Assembly (NCBI RefSeq): GCF_000181795.1
Contig: NW_003526941.1
Span: 2,569,700 to 2,625,465 of the forward strand
Length of the DNA: 55,766 nt
From: Trichinella spiralis
Taxonomy: Eukaryota
Direction: 5' to 3'
This document shows positions 10,359 to 22,642 of the stretch, one piece after another; position 1 is the stretch's first letter; every line of letters starts with the position of its first letter. Position numbers and translations under genes: made by a program. The notes beneath the pieces are model-generated. The model did no database searches, was not told where the DNA came from, and worked only from the letters and a program-made list of their open reading frames with translations.

Positions 10359-12574
10359 TCATGGTTCTTCAGTGAAAAATGTCGTAGATGTGATGTCACC
10401 TGTAGATGCAGTTTGGCAAGCGACACTGATTCGCTTGATAGCCTTGCATGTACAAACCAACTGACCACTGGTGTTGTTCATATTTTTAGTCGAAATTGTA
10501 TTATTCTCTTCCAACTGTTGCATCACTGGCGAGTGAGATCCGCTTGGTTCTTGGGATTCTTGTAACAACGTAGTAGTACCGTGATGTCCGTTTTCCATTT
10601 GCGGTTGTGGCGACAGTTGATCAGAAAGGCCGTGTGGAGGTATGTCAAGGTTGCTAACTGCATCCTGGCACAAAGATGTGAACAAGTTCAACTTGTTCGA
10701 CGGCAGGCGACTGAAAGAGAAACATGCGCTAAACTTTGGACCCGACAGAAATATACTGCAAAACAAACGGAACATCAAGCATGCTTGCTTACCTTCTCAA
10801 CGATCGATAAGCGTTTGGAAACAGGTCGAACAGCTCCTCGACAATGTGGCATACTTCGTCCACTTTGGCCGCACTGGTCTGCTCTCTGAAATCCCAAGTT
10901 CAGTTCGGTGCAACTGTATGTGGCCGTATATTCCTGCGGCTTCAGCAAACAAACCTGATTTGCGCTCTTAGAGGTTCGTGGTCGAAAAGTGGCTTCGCAT
11001 TCAAATAATGGACCAGTGCGGCAACGGAACCTCGTCTGAGCAGAAACAGCGACACGCCACTTTCGTCATTTTCAATCAACAGCTGCGCAATCTGCAAACA
11101 AGCAACAATACCAACAAACAAAATCAAGATTACCACCCATTTCATTCATAGCAGCATCCATCGTACAGCATAGCAAGCAGGCTGCTGCATTCATTTATAC
11201 TACATTTATTAATATTCAACTAACTCTCTCTACCTGTGTATCGAAAACTTCCCAGAGACGAATTTTGTAATGCTGCCACAGTAAACGGGCGGCTCGTTTT
11301 GAACCGTGGACGATCTGCAACGGATACCGAATAAATAAGTTACTTTTATAATAGTAATAATAATAAACTAGACAAACTTTAAGATATTCATCCGATTCAA
11401 GAATATCTTTGAGGCCACATTCGAGCAGGATGCTGGCCGTGTATTCGACATCGAAGACAAAAATTCGACCGTTGGGTGTGCAGATGGTGATCAGAGTGAG
11501 AAATTCGTGCTGACCAACAATGACCGATTTGAAATGCACAGCCAGTACTTTGCACAAATCCGGCGATGAGCAGCTTGCGATATCTTCGCATGCGCAGACA
11601 ATGTCATGTACCGCCTGCACGGCAGACTGCAGGGACCTGGCAATGGTGATATCTTTCTGAGCAGTCGAACGTGTTGGGGCGTTGGTCGGCTTGGATGTGG
11701 ACGAATTCGAGCTGACATCAGTCTCCTGATCGTCGTCCAAGCCAGAACTGTAGTCAACGCCGCCTGCCTGGGTGGTGCGTCGACGATTCATGGACACCTT
11801 GTTGGAGCGAATGAAGAACAAGTGACGCAACAATTTCAAAAATTGCATCAACTCTTTCGGATTGGCTGCGTTGACTCTTTTCCTCACTGCCAGTGGAAAG
11901 TGATTGCAAAATTTCCGGTACAGAACTTCCAGTGGCACTGCCGTCTCGTGCGCCTCGACCTCTGAAACGAGAAACTGCACAACCATATCCACAACCTGCT
12001 GCCCGTTCAGCTGTTCAGCTTCGGACTGATCCACACCCTTCTCCATCTCGTCCCAGGCTTCTTTCAGGCACACCCGATCGCCAGTGACGACGAAAGCCTC
12101 CTTGTGCTGGCTGAGAAACAGGCTGAAGTCACGAAAATGACAACCGGATACCAGTCGGACATCCGGCGATGCCTGCGACCGGTGTCCAAGCAGGCTCTTG
12201 ACCGGAAGCTCGGGTCCGAATTTGCGCAGCTTTTCTGTGAAGAAGCGTATCGCTTCGGCAACCGAATCGCGTTCTTTGTTCAAGCAAGCCGGTTGGGATG
12301 CCAGTGCGTTGGCCGGATCATCGCCGTAACCTTTCAGTGTCACCTGACCGTCGTCTATGGAAAACAGAGATGGGAATTGAGCCAGAAAATCCGCTAGACT
12401 TTCCTTGCTGCCGCCAACTGCCTGCCTCATGTCAGCCGTAAAACCGCGTGCCCCAAACTGACAGCTCAGATCGTGTATGGAGCGACGACCGTTCTTCTGC
12501 ATCAGATGATCGAGAAAGAACATCAGCGCCATGTGCTTTGCTGAATCTTCGTCCGCTGTATTCGTGCTGCTCAT
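10359..12574 (-). CDS. egal-1: Egalitarian homolog (LOTUS + exonuclease-like domain + LC8 motif); exons ~12574-11378, 11314-11234, 11091-10955, 10885-10793, 10710-10359
   Basis: N-terminal MALMFFLDHL...SIHDLSCQFGARGFTADMRQAVGGS and LPVKSLLGHRSQASPDVR match Egl. Exo-like region has LKDILES..YLKIVH and VFDTQIA. C-terminus has VACQTASTGDI. Confidence 0.88.
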
Positions 12575-14506
12575 GTTGGCGATCTGGAGAAAGCATAAAT
12601 AGAAAAAAACAAGTTAAAGTTAACAACAACACTACGACTAATGCTACAATTCTAAAATATCAAAATAAATTGATAAATTAAACAAAACAAAAAAGAAAAA
12701 CAAGCATTATTTAAAATTACCAGAAAGTTTCGTTCGACTGTGGATGAATGGAATTCTTGTTGAAACTTTTACGCTGTAAGCTCAGCGAAAAGTCAGCAAC
12801 AACAACAACAGTAATAATAATGATAATAGTAATAATAGGAGAAAGGAAAAATTATCCAACTTTCACATGCGAAAAGTTCTTCATCGACAGTCGGCATCGA
12901 TGCAACCAACGCCCTCGAAATTTGGCCTCGAGAAACGCGCGTGTGCGCGTCCTCTCGCCTGGTGACAGCCGGACGGCATAGGAAAGAATGTATCGTACTT
13001 TGTGATAATCAAGGTTATCGTGTTGTTAAATTATTTGACTAAGGTGTGTTGCGATTGGGCCTGTTTTTATGCAAACATTTTGACATTTGGCTATTTTTTT
13101 TGGCAGTCGTAAACCAATTGACAAACGCTCTTTTGCATTGATTTCAGTTTCTAGTGAAAAAGCTAAATTTATAATGTAATTTCTCAAGTACTTCTTTCTG
13201 TTGTTTTGTTTACAGATTTGATGAAAAATGGAAATGATTAATCACTTTGCAACATTTGCAACGAATGCTTCCGCCGATTCGAACAAACAACGTGACGTAA
13301 CTTGCTTACAATGAAAGCGTTCATGTGTTTTCATTCCTTCTTTTTGTTTCACTTTGCTTCACTGTTTTTCATTCAGAACATTTTGTCAATAAGAAATCAA
13401 CAGCCATACAAATCAACAAATTAAATCACAAAATTTTAAAGCTGAAACGATAAATTCTTTACAATTGATCGAAAAAAAGGATTCAACCGACAAGTGTTAT
13501 TCATTTGATGAGATCGCACTGTTTGTTTCCATTAATCTTACCAGTAAAAGATTTTGTACATTTTAATAGCATTTACTTCATACACTGAACACTTTTTTCA
13601 TATTGAAATAATTTTCATAACTTCTGTAACGTTTTTCATTTATCATTCCTTTTGCTTTAATAATGCAAAACAGGCAGTATTGTATGCCAATTTTTGCATC
13701 GTTAAAAATAGAGAACAATTAAAAATAAGAATTAATTTAATAACTGCTTCGAATTAACATGTTTTAACAAATAATCATAATAAGTTATACAATTTGAAAC
13801 TACTAATTACAGTATACTCAATAGAACTTGAATTTTTTTAACGGTAAGAATCTAATGGAATTCCGAAGTTGACAGATTTTGAAATTGGAATTTGTTTTCT
13901 TTCAAGTATTATAATTAATCGAGAGCAGTGACATTTGTGTTAAACTTAACATAATTGCTGTTCAGTGCAGTGTCAGTATTTGACATGACTGACTAATTGA
14001 TATCAATTAAGGTGAAAGAGTTCTAATTTGTGCAAGATTGAGTTTCAATTTTGGTAAGTGTTACAGTGTCGTTGAAGAATTGTTTAAACTTAAAAATTTT
14101 TATTAAACAGTGGAACATAAATTGATACTTTAAATGAAAATATCTGTAATAAAAATTTCGCCCGTTTTCACTGTTATGTATAGTCTGTCAGCTTTTCAGT
14201 GTTAAAAATGATCTATGCTGATTTTCAATAGTAAATTTTTATTTTAGTTTTTTTTTTATTAATTATGAATTTTTATTAATAATTTAATTTTATTATTTAT
14301 AATAATAATTATTATTACGAATGAAAATGATAAAGACAGTTCGGTAGACTATTTCAAAAGTGTTTTTCTAGCTTTATTGTTTAACAACGTTTTTGGGTTT
14401 TTAGTTTAATGTGACAGTTTTCAGCATTTGATAAATGAAAAAATGCTGAACTAACTGAACAAGAACAGGATAGGCTTTATGAGATGTTTGATTTTATTCA
14501 GGAAGC

Positions 14507-14830
14507 ATGCAGCGTTTGCCGCTTACTGTTTTGCAACACTTGCGTTCACCGTTGCATGCGCTGTCGTTCATGCAGGTGTCAACTGCGCCGTCTATCATTT
14601 CGCCAGAAAAATTTGGACATTTGCCGGCTTTAGAAATTGAAGAGCCTGTAAATAGCAACGTTAACATCACTTCACACTTTACTTATAAAGGTAATGTAAT
14701 TGTTTGCTGTGAAGACTTTGAACATCTTGTTGATTCATTTAATAAATTTCAAAGCAATGCTTTCAAGCCGAATAATGAAGTTAATATAATATTTATGTCA
14801 ATTTTATATATAAATAGTTTGCGAAAATGA
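14507..14830 (+). CDS. Candidate small orphan gene; probably spliced at ~14690
   Basis: The ATG follows a TTCAG acceptor at 14501, a GTAAGT donor lies upstream near 14054, and 14507-14690 has coding-like composition. No family recognised. Confidence 0.3.
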   Translation: MQRLPLTVLQHLRSPLHALSFMQVSTAPSIISPEKFGHLPALEIEEPVNSNVNITSHFTYKGNVIVCCEDFEHLVDSFNKFQSNAFKPNNEVNIIFMSILYINSLRK

Positions 14831-15066
14831 AAATTTATGCTTAAATTAACATGTTGAGCGAAATGAAAGTTTGATTGCTGCAAGGTGAAAGGCAAACAAA
14901 CTGTATTCGTAAATAAATTGCATTGCATTAATGTGCGACGTGAAATCGATTTTTTATTATTAAAGCTCGATAATTGATTTGACGATGAAATAATTTTTAA
15001 ATCTCTAAGATTGCTATTTATTGTATCTTGCTACTGGTAATATGGTAAATGGAAAAATATATCAAT

Positions 15067-17538
15067 TTAATCTAGAGCAATTAGTAATTGAATGCAGTTT
15101 TAATTGAGGATTTAGTCCAGTAAAATAACGAAAATATCTTTCAAAATTACAGGAAAAAGTTGAATTAAGCATACTTGCCTACCTGGAAAATTGTCGCTGG
15201 CTGATGTGCATCGAGACTGTGATTCGTATTTGCAGCATTTCTGCGATCTTTTGCAGTCATTATCGCTGAGGCAAAATCGTCCAGATTCAAAATTGTTTGG
15301 TTTGTACGTTGGACATGTTGGCAATTGGTTGTCAGCGGATCCGACATCTTTGCAACAAAATCCTCGACTGCAGAAAAATCCTGCAGCACAAGAGTCACTG
15401 TTCTTGCAAGTTTGGTACGATCTTTGCTTATCCGGACAAATGCCTGCAATGAAATGATTTCGTAAGTGTTATTTATTATATTTGTTGCATTCTCAGTTAT
15501 ATAATGTCGTTTAACATCTTCAAGTATCTGATTTTGAAAAACATGAAATAAGTAGCAGAGGTAAATACCATATGAGGTGAGTGGTAATAGGCAGCGGGTT
15601 CCGGAAAAGGTGGGACAGCATTTCCTTGTCAATTCACAGTCGTTGTCTTCTTCACACTGGTTGCCAGCTGTGTTCACTTTACCGGATGGGTTCGGTGGAC
15701 ATGTGCCGACTTTTTCTTGTTTAATGTTAGATCGACAGCAGCTACCTTTGATGCACTGGTAGTTTACAGGACATTGGTTTCTCACACACTCTTTCAACGG
15801 TACACTGTTATCCGGACAGAGATCTAAAAAATAAATTTAACTGTAATGATATTTGAAGTTATTGCGTATTTTATTTTTAAAATTGTTTTTTTTGAGCAAG
15901 GGCAAACATTTCATTTTGTTGTTTAAAAGTGCAGCAGTAAATTTTTTGCTCTAATTTAATTGTCCAGTTTGTCGTCGAATTAACTAGCATTGTATATTTG
16001 GAAGTTGTAGATGAGAAATGTTTAAAGTTGTTGTGAATGTGAATATTTTGCAACCTGTTGTGTTGTTGTGCAAGTATTGTAAAGCAAGCCGATCAAATTC
16101 GACTGTGAATAATTGGTTGGGTTGTCTTTTGTTAAGCTATAATTAGATTGAAGCTTAAAAAATGGCTAACCAAAGCAGGTTGTATGACTCATCTTCTAGT
16201 AGTAGGGGAATATTTCTGCTTGTTTGGCTGCAGACTGGTTGATGCACGAATCCACCACATTGGCTGGCTGGTTGTTATTGTCCAGTTTTGCTTAGTCAGT
16301 CATAAATACTTCATTTGGGGAGAGGTGAAATTTTTGTTTGAAAGTTTGCTTGCAGAAATTTGTAATTTTTGGGTCATCGTTTGCGATGATCTGGAAAGGG
16401 AGAGTGGGAAATTAATTACAAATTTCCAGCAGCTTTTGCAAAGAGCTGTGCTTGATTTTACTTTTCAATTTAGTCTAAGATTCCGATTCAGAGGGGTTTT
16501 TCTTTTCTTTTCTGCTGTTCTTTTCTTTTTTTTTTGAATTTAATATTAGTGGAAGTGAATTGAATTCAATGAGGTAAATGAATAATGAAAAATTAACTTA
16601 CGGACAGCAGTAGTCTGAGGTTTCAGACAGACACGCCCATTTAACGTTTGGCAACATTTTCTGTCCCCTGGACATTGTACATCTCCGCGACAGCGGTCTA
16701 GAGACGTCAAACTTGGTTGTCCATAGAACGGTGGACAGAAGCCCGGTTTATCTTGTCCTGGAATAGCAATGAAATAAAATATATTACAATTAGGGTTATA
16801 AATATGAAATAAATAATGAACTACTTGTGTAATGCAAATTAGAATTAGAAAGATCTCTGCTTGCATTCTGAATTGATTTAATTAGTTAATTTGTTGTTTT
16901 AATTTTTTTAAAGTGAAAATTATGAATCCATTTGTATTCATTTATTTTTGTTATAAATGTTGACTATTCTGCTTATTGATTTATGCTTGTAAAGAAGTGC
17001 TTAATTATGGCGATGTTTGTTTGAAATAATTCTGACTGTTGTTGTCACGGTGGCATTAATAATTGATTAGTAGTTTCATTTGACGTGAAAAAATAGAAAT
17101 TATTCAAATGGAAACTGGTACTTTCTTTGAAAATATATATGGGTATTAAAACTGAATCGTTCAGATGAATCATCTAGCAGCAGCGTGATTGAAGTAAAAG
17201 AAAAGCATTGATTTTTTTAAAATTATTATTAAGCATTGTTGACAATAACGAAATAGGTTTCCAGTCATTAAATTTCATTTATTAATTTCACCTGGAGTCT
17301 ATTTCACATTTGAAACTTTGTGCGATCAGAAATGTAATTCTTCCGTGCAGTTTATTTAGTTTAATATAATAATTGAATGTAACTTTTTTGAAAAAATCTT
17401 AATAATACACCATACAAAGATACATATTATTTTTAAATAAAGATGTGTATGTGACAGTTTACCTTTTGCAACGCTAAGCATGCAGTTGATGAACAGTAGA
17501 AAGCATGCTAAATGCTGAAAGTTGAGAATGGTTGTCAT
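15067..17538 (-). CDS. Secreted multi-WAP / Cys-rich (lustrin/WR1-like) protein A; exons 17538-17463, 16757-16602, 15823-15569, 15443-15183, ~15071-15067
   Basis: Signal peptide MTTILNFQHLACFLLFINCMLSVAKG. Three WAP-like domains (e.g. KPGFCP...RCRGDVQCPGDRKCC...GRVC) alternate with CPD-x-C-x-C-x-C-x-CC modules. All introns are phase 1. Confidence 0.85.
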
Positions 17539-18442
17539 TTTGTTGTAGAAATAGATGAAAATTATTTGGAAGTTTTTCTTGCACTTGATTAGGAATAAAC
17601 TGATGAATTTTGCTCATTTAACAGGTTTATATATAGCGTAGCAGCTTTTTTCATCATTGTCCCAAATTGTGAAACTAGTCGGTGAATTTTTCATAGTACG
17701 GTTGCTTTTGTTAATTTCAATTTAGCTTTTGGCTAGTGTAAAGACTACAGTAGTGCAGAATGAAGAGTATAAAAAAATACACGCTCTTTTTGCATCTTTG
17801 ATACGGTAAATTTTTTTGGGTTAAAAATGATAAACCGGCTTTGTAATGTTGCTTGTATTAGTGGGGATGTTCAATAGAATGGAAGTAGCGTAGGTGTGAA
17901 AAAAATGGCTTCCATTTGAATACAACTTTGTGTATGCCTTTTTGGACGTTGCACCAATTTTTAATTGCAGAATGATTTAATCAGTTTTATTGACAATGAA
18001 AATTGAAGTGCATTGATGAAGTGAAATTTGAAAATCAAGTTCTTAACCAATAAAACGAAATGTTTTCCCTTGAGAATTGTTTTTGTCGATAAAATTATTT
18101 TATTGATTCCTTGGAAAAGGTGAAGGTGATTTGTCAAGATTGATTTATAAATTAAAAGAAGTAAATAAAATTGTTTTTCTGTTGGTCATTTTATTTCCCA
18201 TTTGCATACTGGTGAATGTTTCAATTGCAGATGATGCAGGCTTGTTTTGTCGAATAATTAACTCTTGACCGAGGATGAATAAATGAATATTTAAAAACGA
18301 GAATTTCCATATTATTCATATTTGTGATGAATAAAATTGATTTGAAAAAAATCATTATAACTATAACTCAGTTTATTGAAAATTTTATTTTTTCAATTAG
18401 CGAATATGGTGTAGGTGTAAGAATGGATTATTGATGTGCTGT

Positions 18443-19909
18443 TCAGTTTTTCATTTTCCAATTAGTCCATGGATACAAACTGTACGGATATAAGTTGCCA
18501 TAATAATTGTTATAATGGGGCTGCTTTGGGCTTCCTCTCGTTGGTTTGGCACAGACTCCTTTGCCATTTTGGATGCAGCATTTATAATTTCCAATACAAT
18601 CGCAGTCACAATCGCATGCTTTTCCCAAACCGACTAAATGAACTCGAACGCCTGCAGCATCTCGTTCATTTGGTGGACATCGACCTGCTTTTATTATACG
18701 GCAGCAGACATCACCATCGCAGAAATAACCATACGGGCATGGGTGATGGTGGCTGCAGTAGCTTAGAGGTTCAGAATTGTCGGCACATTTTCCTAAATGA
18801 TGCAGTTATGTCAGTGAAATTCAGGTACAGATGGGAAATTGTTCATTTAAAAAATAAAAGAACCATTATAATATTAGTTGTTGTTGATGTTGAAAAGTTT
18901 GCATTGGAATTTTTAATCTTGAATAAGTGCGAATTTATTTTCAACCTTACCGTCTGCAGGGGTTGGCTTTTCTGGAAGTAAACATGCTAAACCATCTACT
19001 GTTGCACAGCATTTTTTGTGCCCTGGGCAGTCATCATCTGAATCGCACATATTTCGCTTGCGTCCGTTGAATCTTTTCCCATACGAAATGCTGGGACATG
19101 ATCCTGCTTTTGTCGATACTGGGTAACCTGTATAAATGTTTTAAATTGAGTGCATATTTTTGAGAATTTATTTCACTGATCGGCATCGGTTTCAACTTTC
19201 ATGAAATAGTTTGGAAAAATGAGTACTGTAATGGTTTTTCAGTTCATATCATAAAATATTATTGAATATGTACATTCCTTTGTAAGGGAGTTTTGATTAT
19301 GCTTTTTAGCTTATTGATTTTTAATAAAAACTTTATCATTAATAATTAATTACTCACTTTCGTTTATCAGTACCATTTGGATATTTATATGTGTTGTTTC
19401 TTTGTGAAGAAAGCATCAACAGTTTACGTGGTTAAGCTTTTATTACAGGGGTTTATTTACGATTGATTATATATATATATATAATCGAAGCGTCTAATCT
19501 GAATTTGCATTTTATATTACGAGCTTATATTGACTAATTTCTAAGCTTCTTTTTCTCGTAAAGTATAAATAAAAGTCTGAATTACCATTTGATGGTGGGT
19601 TTTTCTCTTCTGGTTTCAAACATAGCCAACCAATTTGTGTGTTACAACATTTGCGATCTCCTGGACAATCTGAATCCCATTTACATTTGTCAACTGAATC
19701 ACCGGCACGTGTAAGTATTATTTCTGGACAACGTCCAGGTTTTTCTTCATCATCGTCGAACGTTTTCCATGGAACTAACGAAAATATTGCATAACCATTC
19801 AGTGAGCGGCAGTTTATTCAAAATTATTTGCCTGAATTTTACCTGTATACCATGAATCTGCATAGCTGATTAGTAGAATGCTGCACACAACAATTTGGAC
19901 GGTATGCAT
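18443..19909 (-). CDS. Secreted multi-WAP protein B; exons 19909-19843, 19774-19586, 19127-18951, 18792-18443 (possible extra micro-exon ~19358-19400)
   Basis: Signal peptide MHTVQIVVCSILLISYADS, then KPGRCP...KCKWDSDCPGDRKCC, KAGSCP...CDSDDDCPGHKKCC, a Cys-rich module, and KAGRCP...CDCDCDCIGNYKCC. Confidence 0.87.
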
Positions 19910-22577
19910 AGCTGGAATTAATGCGGCAGTAAATACTGCAGCATTCTTGTAGTGAAAGTTGTGTTTATTTTTGTATTATTCCAAGCAGGATCTTTGTATC
20001 CAGTTTTAAGTATGTACTTTTTCAAAACCGTTTTCTTTATACGTAACATTAGCATATAATTTGTATAAATAAGAATCTTGAGAGTATTGCATTTTGTGAT
20101 AATTGCGTGCGTAATGTGAGTACTTTTTTTTAAGTCACTGAATTTTTTGAAGGCGAAAAAATGTGAAAACTTGAGGTTATTTATTTACCATTGGCAACGC
20201 GCATTGAGTGCACCGGCAAACTGGCTTATTGCTTTATTCCGACTTTGCAGAGTGATTATTGAATTGACGTTAATTTCTTTCGCATGCAGCAGGTTTACTT
20301 AATGCTTATCTTTTGATTTCAAGATTGAAGTCATATCCAAACAGTACGACAATTCACGCAGTGTGCACAGTGTTCTTTTCTTTTCATTTGTTTGCACAAC
20401 AAAAATCATGCACACTGAAGTTGTTTGTTTCTTGTACAAAAAGCCGAATAAAATTTCCATTTGACAACAATTACTAACTTAATTGTTCCTTTTTTGTATT
20501 TTGAAAAAGGTAATTTCATCATTATCTTACTTAAACGCTGTCATTTTTATTCCATCCGCACAGAATCTGCCTTTCCATACAGCCGCTACAGTTTTTTGAT
20601 TATTGATAAATTTCAAAAGGTTTTTTATAATTTTATATTATGCATACGAAAATGATAAATAATTGCGTCTTGTTTTGAACATTTTGTAGAAAAATTTTTT
20701 CAAACTTTCAAAAAATATAATAAATCTTAATTATAATTGGTTTAATCTTGAAGTAATTTTAATCGTATAGTTCTTAATTATATCTGTCATTTGTGTTTTC
20801 GATTTGCATTGCTGAGTGTGTGATTTCGATTTTGGTAATAATTTTGTATCTTTGTTTTTTTTAAAAAAGTACGTCGAAAAACGACTAGACGCGAAAAATA
20901 TTACCTTCACGTTGAGTTGTTGATTTTTATTTTTCAAACACAAAATTTTTTGAGCAAATTTTATTAGATTGAAATGTTTTCCGATATATAAAATGTGATC
21001 CGTTAAAGTGGTGCGCTCAAATGTGAGAAGTATATTTGGTTTTTTTTATTTCGACGAAAGTCACATTGTAATTGAAATTTGACGTTCAGGTATGAATACC
21101 GTATCTCTGTCGAGCCGTAATGCTCAGGAGAGGTGAGTGAATTTTGTTTTCATTGGTTGGTGATGATTGATGTATGCGATACAATTTACATGCTGCTTAG
21201 GAATGTTTTCTCGTGTCACTTGGTTTGCATTTTTTCGACGGTGGTCATTTTCATAATTTTTCTCACGTCTTTTCAAGCTCGTAATGTTGATGCAGTAGAG
21301 GTGAAGTTTTCCAGTCATGGATGTGTTCAATAAAATGGTGTTAGTTGCGTGTCAAAGATGGTGGTGTTATTTGTAATTATTCTGCCCAGGGCAACATTCA
21401 GTTTCGTCTCCATTTATCAACGAGCAAACAGTAAGATCAGATCTGTGTTGTTGCGGGCAAATGTTATTCTGATGAGGCAAATGATAATAATAATTTTAAT
21501 CTAACCTGAACATTTATTTTAATTTCTTTTTATTTTCTTTTTTCATTTAATTTTTAATTATTTTACATCATTTGTTTATTTTGTTATTTTTTCTTTCTTT
21601 TTCTTGCATTCAAAATGTTTCTTGATTGTGCACGCGTATACGTACGGGGCAGTACCAGTCACTTGTGTTCCGTTTACACCATTTGTTCGAGTTCGATTTT
21701 CAATTGTTCGCTGGTGCCGTTGCTAGTCTGTCTGTCTATTCGTCCGTCTTCTGCTTCTTCTTTTTCTAGTAGAAGTGTGTGTGTGTGTGGCTAATGCAAG
21801 CTGTTTCGGTTGTCAATGAGAAGCAGCGTTGATGTGTGCGCGTTTGTGTTTGTGCCTACTTTGCTTGCATACGACGCTTATTGGATGTTTTGTTTGCATT
21901 TTGCGTGGGCATCAGATGACGCTTAGATTTAGCTTCAGGATTGACCTCTGCTTTTAGAATTGCACCTGCCATTTTGCAAATCTTTTCCATTATTGTTCTA
22001 TTGAGGCTCATTTATAATTTGATAGAAATATTCACTGCAATGAAATAAGTTTCAATAAATACAATTCTAATTTTGGTTTTCTTTGATTTTCAATTTAATT
22101 TTTCTATAATTATTATTTTATTGACTACAAAGTGCAGAATTGTTGAATATTATTCGAATGGATGAAGAGAATTAAAAGTAAAAATGCTTACTGACCGATT
22201 GAGATGTTCTGTCTGTGTGTGTGTGTGGGTGGGTGGGTGTGTGTTGGCAGAATTTGTTCTTGTGCATCTTTCAGGGGTACTACTGATGTTGCGCATCTTT
22301 AGCAGTGCAGATCGATAAACTTCAACGTTCACTGGGCCAGTTTATGAACGTCACTTTTTGGCTATAAAGCTCACTCAGCACGTACTTAGAGGGTTCTTTT
22401 TGTTGTTGTTATTGTTTTTTTTAATTTAAATAATTTCTTTTGTTTTTTTTTTACAAACCTCTGCATTTTCTGTTTCACAGCTTTTTGGTTCGATTGAATT
22501 GTTGAACTTGAAGTGACGTAGCTGACCAACTTTTTGCTTTTTGGTGAACAAGCAAGCCAGTTTGTCAAGTACTCCAC

Positions 22578-22581
<4 letters not shown>

Positions 22582-22642
<61 letters not shown>
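22582..22642. repeat. (TA)n microsatellite, interrupted
   Basis: Direct reading. Confidence 0.9.

Noticed and set aside
16200..16390. Possible extra exon in WAP gene A
   Set aside because: The phase-1 reading from the TTTCCAG acceptor hits a stop within a few codons.
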